NCBI RefSeq assembly: GCF_001465295.1
Contig: NZ_CP011035.1
Span: 510,001-542,000, forward strand
Source of the DNA: Pseudoalteromonas translucida KMM 520
GTDB taxonomy: Bacteria > Pseudomonadota > Gammaproteobacteria > Enterobacterales > Alteromonadaceae
Direction: 5' to 3'
DNA: 32,000 nt
Each line of letters opens with the position of its first letter. Position 1 is the stretch's first letter. Below the pieces are notes generated by a model. It was not told the origin of the DNA. It made no database searches and was given only the letters and a program-made list of their open reading frames with translations. Positions 25,925-32,000 of this stretch are shown piece by piece. A program made the translations under genes and the position numbers.

Positions 25925-27094
25925 ATGAACAAACATTTAATTGCTGTAGCACTGGCTACAGCATCCTTAACACTTGCAGGTTGTGCCGATGAAAGCACGG
26001 CTCAGTCGGCTCCAGCAGCGCAACATCAGCCAATAGATGTAGCCCAGGTTATTGTTAAACCGGTACAAAGCTGGCACACCTACACAACTCGCTTAGAGTC
26101 GCCTCAAGAAGTTGCTTTAATGCCACGTGTATCGGGTGTTATCGACAGCATTGAATTTAACGAAGGTGACTTGGTTAATAAGGGCGACGTGTTATTTCAA
26201 TTAGATAACCGTTCATTTACAGCCAAGGTTGCCAGCCTTGAGGCGCAAGTTAACAGTGCAAAAGCAGCGCTTGAACAAGCAAGCAGTGAAGCAACCCGTG
26301 CGGTACGCTTAACACAGCGTAAAGCAATTTCAACTGAGCAAGCACAAGCACGTACTTCAACACTGCGCCAACGCGAAGCGCAACTAGCAGCGCTACAAGC
26401 ACAGCTAACATCGGCGCAGCTCGATTTAGAATTTACTTCAGTTGTATCACCGATTGATGGCATTATTTCGCGCGCTAATATTACAAAAGGTAACAATGTT
26501 TTAGCGGGGCAAAGCGTATTAACGTCGATTGTTTCAAATGAAAAAATGTACGCTTATTTTGATATAGACGAGCGCACTTGGAATTCATCGTTTAATGATG
26601 TTAGTGCAGCAAGCCGCCAACCCGTGGTAATGCAAAAGGTAGGTCAAGATGATTTTGCTTACTCAGGATACATCAACTTTATTGACAACCAAATTAACGC
26701 CGCTACAGGTACCTTACGCGTGCGAGCAGTGTTTGCAGATAATAGTGGGCAGTTACGTGCAGGCTCGTTTGCACGTATTAAGTTAGCCGCAAACGCCATT
26801 ACTGACACTGTAATAGTGCCAGATAGAGCAATAGGCACAGATTTAAAAAATCGCTTTGTACTTACGGTCGGCGAAAACAATGTTCTGCAATACAAATTAG
26901 TAACTATTGGAGAGCGTTATGGCTCATTACGCGCAATTACTGCAGGCCTTGCAGAGGGTGATGTGATTGCTGTAAATGGCCCCGCTCGCGTCGGACCTGG
27001 CATGCCAATTACTCCTAATACCGTCACTATTGATACCAGTGGAATTGCATTTACTTTAGGTAATAGCAACAACCAGTTAGTCGCTAAACAATAA
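25925..27094 (+). CDS. RND efflux periplasmic adaptor subunit (MexE-like membrane fusion lipoprotein)
   Basis: The 389-aa product has the lipobox LTLAGC, a coiled-coil hairpin region (AKVASLEAQVNSAKAALEQA...LQAQLTSAQLDLEFT) and a lipoyl motif (SPIDGIIS). An AGGAG RBS is present. Confidence 0.9.
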   Translation: MNKHLIAVALATASLTLAGCADESTAQSAPAAQHQPIDVAQVIVKPVQSWHTYTTRLESPQEVALMPRVSGVIDSIEFNEGDLVNKGDVLFQLDNRSFTAKVASLEAQVNSAKAALEQASSEATRAVRLTQRKAISTEQAQARTSTLRQREAQLAALQAQLTSAQLDLEFTSVVSPIDGIISRANITKGNNVLAGQSVLTSIVSNEKMYAYFDIDERTWNSSFNDVSAASRQPVVMQKVGQDDFAYSGYINFIDNQINAATGTLRVRAVFADNSGQLRAGSFARIKLAANAITDTVIVPDRAIGTDLKNRFVLTVGENNVLQYKLVTIGERYGSLRAITAGLAEGDVIAVNGPARVGPGMPITPNTVTIDTSGIAFTLGNSNNQLVAKQ

Positions 27095-27103
27095 GGTTTA
27101 TTG

Positions 27104-30100
27104 ATGAAGTTTTCGCACTTTTTTATCCAGCGTCCAATATTTGCGGCAATGTTGTCGTTAATCATTTTAATAGCAGGGGGAATTTCATTATTTCAACTGC
27201 CAGTAAGTGAATACCCAGAAGTTGTTCCACCTACTGTAGTAGTAACTGCCAGTTACCCGGGTGCAAACCCAACCGTTATTGCACAAACGGTAGCAACGCC
27301 ATTAGAGCAAGAAATTAATGGCACCGAAAACATGTTGTATATGTTTTCACAAGCCACCAGTGATGGTCGTATGACCTTAACGGTGACATTTGCGCTTGGC
27401 ACCGATTTAGACCGAGCACAAGTACAAGTACAAAATCGAGTAAATAGCGCATTGCCGCGTTTACCACAAGAAGTACAGCGCTTAGGTGTGGTAGCCGAAA
27501 AGTCATCGCCCGATTTAACCATGGTGGTGCATTTATATTCTCCTGAAAACACCCACGATACGGCGTATTTATCAAATTATGCCGATTTAAATATTAAAGA
27601 TGAAATTGCACGCTTATCGGGCGTGGGTGATATTCGCCTGTTTGGTGGCGGCAAATATTCTATGCGTGTGTGGCTTAACCCTGATGCTTTAGCATCGCGC
27701 GAGTTAACCGCATCGGATGTAATAAGTGCACTGCGCTCACAAAACCAGCAGGTTGCTGCGGGTAGTTTAGGTGCTCAGCCTATTTCGAACGATAGCCAGT
27801 TTCAAATATTGTTAAATGTTAAAGGTCGTTTAAACAGTATTGAAGAATTTGAACAAGTTATTATTAAAGTAGGTGAGCAAGGGCAGTTAACCCGTTTATC
27901 AGATATAGCCCGTGTAGATTTAGGGCAAGACACTTATGCACTGCGCGCTGAGCTTGATAACCAACCAGCACTGGCTATGCCAATATTTCAACGCCCAGGT
28001 TCTAACGCAATTGAGCTCTCTGATCAAGTACGCGAAACCATGGCACGTTTAGCGAAAGACTTTCCTACCGGTGTTGAATACGACATAGTGTACGACCCGA
28101 CAGTATTTGTACGCGGCTCTATTGATGCAGTAATTACTACCTTACTAGAAGCAATAGCATTGGTTGTTATTGTGGTGATTGTATTTTTACAAACATGGCG
28201 TGCATCTATAATTCCATTGATTGCGGTGCCTGTTTCACTCATTGGTACTTTTGCAGTGATGCAGTTGCTGGGAGTGTCTATCAATACCTTGTCGCTGTTT
28301 GGTTTAGTATTGGCCATAGGTATTGTGGTAGATGATGCCATAGTAGTGGTAGAAAACGTTGAGCGTAATATTGAAAAAGGTCTGTCGCCACTTGAAGCAA
28401 CCCGCGTTGCCATGAGTGAAGTAACCGGCCCTATTATTGCAATTGCTTTGGTACTTAGTGCGGTATTTATTCCTACGGCGTTTATTACCGGGTTGTCGGG
28501 GCAGTTTTATAAGCAATTTGCCTTAACCATTACTATTTCTACTATCATTTCAGCTTTTAACTCGCTGACTTTATCTCCTGCACTTGCTGCATTATTACTA
28601 AAACCCCATGACGCAAAGCCAGACGCTTTTACGCGGTTGTTAAATAAACTATTTGGCCGTTGGTTATTTGCACCCTTTAATCGCGTGTTTAATCGTGGCG
28701 CTAAAGGCTACGAAAAACTGGTACAAAAGCTGATCCGCATGAGCGTGGTGGTAATGGTTGCTTACGTTGCTTTAGTGGGCGGTACTATTAAGTTATTTGA
28801 CTCTGTACCCGGTGGCTTTATTCCACAGCAAGATAAACAGTATTTAGTGGCAATTGCACAACTTCCTGATGCTGCGAGCCTAGATCGTACCGAAGCGGTT
28901 ATTAAACAAATGCAACAAATAGCACTAGAAGTCCCCGGCGTTGCACATACGGTTGCCTTTCCGGGGTTATCGGTTAACGGTTTTACCAACAGCCCTAACA
29001 GCGGTATTGTATTTACACCCTTAGCTCCTTTTAGCGAGCGTACTGATCCGAGCCAATCTGCCATGGCAATTGCAGCGCAACTTAATCAGCGCTTTGCAGC
29101 AATTGACGAAGCATTTGTAGCGGTATTTCCGCCGCCGCCTATTTAAGGTTTAGGCACCACAGGTGGCTTTAAATTACAAATTGAAGATAGAGCAAACAAA
29201 GGCTTTGAAGCATTATTTAATAGCCTACAAGCGGTAATAACGAAAGCGCAACAAGACCCAGCATTAGTTGGCCTGTACTCAAGTTTTCGTATTCAAGTAC
29301 CACAAATGGATATAGATATTGACCGTGAACAAGCGCTTATTCAAGGCATACCACTGGATGAAGTGTTTAATGCGTTACAGATATATTTAGGCTCAGTGTA
29401 TGTAAACGACTTCAACTTATTTGGCCGTACTTACCAAGTAAATGCACAAGCTGACGCCGATTATCGCGTTGATCCAGAACAAATATTGCATTTAAAAGTA
29501 CGTAATCGTGCGGGTAATATGGTGCCATTAGGATCGGTGTTAACGGTAACTCCTACCATAGGCCCAGACAGAGTAATGCATTACAACGGCTACCCAAGTG
29601 CAGAGCTTAACGGCAGCCCAGCGCCAGGTTATAGCTCAGATCAAGCACAAGTTGCGATTGAAAAAGTACTCGCCGATACGCTACCTTCAGGTATTGAATA
29701 CGAGTGGACCGAAGTAACCTATCAGCAAGTGCTTGCGGGTAATACTATGGTGTATGTATTTCCGTTAGTGGTACTGCTGGTATTTATGGTGCTGGCTGCA
29801 CAATACGAAAGCCTACGTTTACCATTGGCAATTATAATGATTGTACCTATGACCATATTTTCGGCGCTAATTGGCGTGTGGTTTGTGGGCTCAGACAATA
29901 ACATATTTACGCAAATTGCATTAATTGTGCTGGTGGCTTTGGCCTCTAAAAACGCGATACTTATGGTGGAGTTTGCCAAAGATCAACACGAAACCGGTTT
30001 ATCACATTTAGATGCCATGTTAGCGGCATGTCGGATGCGCTTACGCCCCATATTAATGACCTCAATAGCCTTTACCGCTGGCGTTGTACCATTAGTATTA

Positions 30101-30256
30101 GCAACGGGTGCGGGAGCCGAAATGCGCCACGCTATGGGTAATGCTGTATTTGCAGGCATGATAGGAGTAACTGTGTTCGGCTTATTATTTACCCCGGTAT
30201 TTTATATGTTAGTAGCCAATAAAAAGCAAAAAGTACAGCAGGTGTCACATGACTAA
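27104..30256 (+). pseudogene. RND (HAE1) efflux permease, MexF-like, interrupted by one in-frame TAA at 29144..29146
   Basis: The two ORFs (27101..29146 and 29306..30256) are in the same frame. Translating through the stop gives AVFPPPPI*GLGTTGGFKLQIEDR. From memory, P. aeruginosa MexF reads AIFPPPPVQGLGTIGGFRLQIEDR at this point. The full length would be ~1050 aa, and similarity is continuous across the gap. Confidence 0.85.
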
Positions 30257-31661
30257 ATTAGTGCAAAAAAGCCTTAAAACGTCGCTTACCACAAGCGCTA
30301 TATTAATTGCTGCTATGTTATCGGGTTGCGCCGCTAAAATTGATGCTGCCAGCGAGAAAAACTTGGTTAGTGAGTTTATAGCTAGTGCCAATATAGCCAG
30401 CGAACTTAATAATGCCGATGAGACAAACTGGTGGGAAAAGCTAGAATCAGCTCAGTTAAATCAGTTGGTTACAGGCGCATTAGCCAATAACCACAATTTA
30501 AAAACCAGTCAGTTAGTACTTAAAAGTGCATTAGCACGCTTAGGCGAGCAACAAGCGCAGTATTTACCGCAAGGCGGGGTAGAAATTGGCGCACAGCGCA
30601 GCGGTTTAGGCGATACAAATAGCCGCCAATCGAGTGCTAATTTAGCACTTAATTGGCAGCTCGATTTATTTGGTCGTATTACGGCATTGGTCGATGCAGC
30701 GAATGCATCGGCCATGAGCCAAGCCGAGCAAGTACGTTTATTGCAAATTGAAGTGGTTTCGTCGGTTGTTAAAGGCTTTGTTAGCTATCAAGGTAATGTA
30801 CAAAAGCAGCACATTGTTACGTTGCAAATAGATGCACTAGAGCAAAGTATTGCGGTACTTCAAGCCCAAGTTGATGAAGGCGTAGCAAACGAGCTTGATT
30901 TAAATCGTACTATGGCACAACTTAAGCGACAACAAGCACTAATGCCGGCAATTGAATACGCTAAATATCGCGATTTATCTACACTGGCTGTGCTTAGCGG
31001 GCGTTTAGCACAAAATGTTAAGCTCACTAATGAGCAAGCAGTTTTGGATCATAAATTTACCGTATCGTTAAACGATGCTAATGAGTCTATTGCACTTAGG
31101 CCCGATATTAGCCAAGCACTTTATGCATTTAGCCAAGCAAATAGTTTAAGCGTTGCTGCCAGTAAGGCGTTATTACCAGATATAAGCTTAAGTGGTTTTG
31201 CAGGCGTGCTTAGTATTGGTAGTAATAGTTTTAGTAATACGCAGCAGCAGTGGCAGGTGGCTCCGCAAATTCAGTGGTCAATACTGAGCTACCCGGCATT
31301 GTTAGCGCAGCGCGACGCACAGCAGTTTTTAACCCAAGCGGCTTATAGCGATTATCAACAAGTGATACTCCAAGCGCTGAGCGAAAGTGAACTTTCTTTG
31401 CAATTGTTGGTCAACCAAGCTCAGCAAAAGAGCTTTGCTGAGCAGCGTTATCAGTTTGCTAATAAGGCATTTTTACAAGCGCAAGCAATGTACGAAGAAG
31501 GGCAAATTCCTTACTTAGAGTTGTTAGATGCGCGTCGGGATGTTCTAATAGCTCAAGAAAATGCTGTTGATTCAACGATTTCATCACTGCTCGCTAAAGT
31601 AAATGCTTACCAATCATTTAACGGGCGATGGAGTTATGCGTTAAATAATACTAACCAGTAG
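30249..31661 (+). CDS. RND efflux outer-membrane factor lipoprotein (NodT/OprN family)
   Basis: The 470-aa product has the lipobox MLSGC and the typical OMF two-repeat architecture. Its start overlaps the end of the permease gene by 8 nt. Confidence 0.9.
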   Translation: MTKLVQKSLKTSLTTSAILIAAMLSGCAAKIDAASEKNLVSEFIASANIASELNNADETNWWEKLESAQLNQLVTGALANNHNLKTSQLVLKSALARLGEQQAQYLPQGGVEIGAQRSGLGDTNSRQSSANLALNWQLDLFGRITALVDAANASAMSQAEQVRLLQIEVVSSVVKGFVSYQGNVQKQHIVTLQIDALEQSIAVLQAQVDEGVANELDLNRTMAQLKRQQALMPAIEYAKYRDLSTLAVLSGRLAQNVKLTNEQAVLDHKFTVSLNDANESIALRPDISQALYAFSQANSLSVAASKALLPDISLSGFAGVLSIGSNSFSNTQQQWQVAPQIQWSILSYPALLAQRDAQQFLTQAAYSDYQQVILQALSESELSLQLLVNQAQQKSFAEQRYQFANKAFLQAQAMYEEGQIPYLELLDARRDVLIAQENAVDSTISSLLAKVNAYQSFNGRWSYALNNTNQ

Positions 31662-31670
31662 AGTTTTTTG

Positions 31671-32000
31671 ATGTCTGATACTGATATTTCACCGCAATAC
31701 ACGCTACCGCAGACTATGCGAGCAATTGTATTGCCTGAGCCTAATGAAAAAATTTGTTTAGCCGATGTTGAGCACGCTGTTCCTGAGTGTGCAGACAACG
31801 AGCTACTTATTAAAGTTGAATATGTTGGCTTAAACCCAGTTGATGGCTTGTTTGCTAAATCGGGTTTTTGTAAGTGGCAATACCCACATATTTTAGGGCT
31901 TGATTCCGTTGGCGTAGTGGTAAAGGCTGGTAAAGGTGTTTTTCCAGGCGTTGGCACTCGTGTAATGTGGCATGCCAGTATTGGCGATCAAGGGGTATTG
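31671..32000 (+). CDS. Zinc-type alcohol dehydrogenase / quinone oxidoreductase (MDR superfamily), N-terminal 110 codons (partial)
   Basis: My translation is MSDTDISPQYTLPQTMRAIVLPEPNEKICLADVEHAVPECADNELLIKVEYVGLNPVDGLFAKSGFCKWQYPHILGLDSVGVVVKAGKGVFPGVGTRVMWH. This has the GroES-like fold pattern of MDR enzymes. It is absent from the ORF track because the stop lies outside the window. Confidence 0.75.
   Translation, partial: MSDTDISPQYTLPQTMRAIVLPEPNEKICLADVEHAVPECADNELLIKVEYVGLNPVDGLFAKSGFCKWQYPHILGLDSVGVVVKAGKGVFPGVGTRVMWHASIGDQGVL

Noticed and set aside
31634-31957. A 107-aa minus-strand ORF at the right edge
   Set aside because: The plus strand here encodes a clear MDR-family oxidoreductase N-terminus starting at 31671. 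The minus ORF is its shadow.
1-32000. A search by eye for tRNA or rRNA genes, CRISPR arrays, integron attC sites, and phage or defence gene clusters
   Set aside because: I saw no direct-repeat/spacer arrays, no tRNA-like T-arm motifs in the intergenic regions, and no ORFs with nuclease, helicase or methylase signatures. Apart from the IS and the MITE-like element, the content is housekeeping, transport and regulation.

Overview
This looks like a mostly core chromosomal segment of an AT-rich marine gammaproteobacterium. The protein sequences look Alteromonadales or Pseudoalteromonas-like; that is my inference and is not verified. Gene order, left to right:
- a partial IS4-family insertion sequence that cuts pqiB short (pqiA is intact)
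- an acyl-CoA thioesterase-like gene
- the heat-shock pair dnaK-dnaJ with a sigma-32-type promoter
- ybaK and a small zinc-ribbon ORF
- a large TonB-dependent receptor divergent from a DPP-IV/S9 peptidase lipoprotein
- a small membrane protein
- a dctB/dctD-like two-component pair, followed by a near-consensus sigma-54 promoter that drives a porin and a DASS (SLC13) symporter
- an aldehyde dehydrogenase
- a Sel1-repeat protein
- a roughly 480-bp intergenic region holding a candidate sRNA on the minus strand
- a lipoprotein and a GGDEF cyclase
- a 249-bp MITE-like element bounded by terminal inverted repeats
- a LysR regulator divergent from a MexEF-OprN-like RND efflux operon, whose pump gene carries a single in-frame TAA
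- the start of a zinc-ADH/quinone oxidoreductase

I saw no rRNA, tRNA or CRISPR array. I found no clear novel multi-gene system. The items most worth follow-up are the IS-disrupted pqi operon, the nonsense-split RND pump, the DctBD/sigma-54/porin/DASS module with its dual-purpose palindrome, the candidate GGA-motif sRNA and the MITE-like element.
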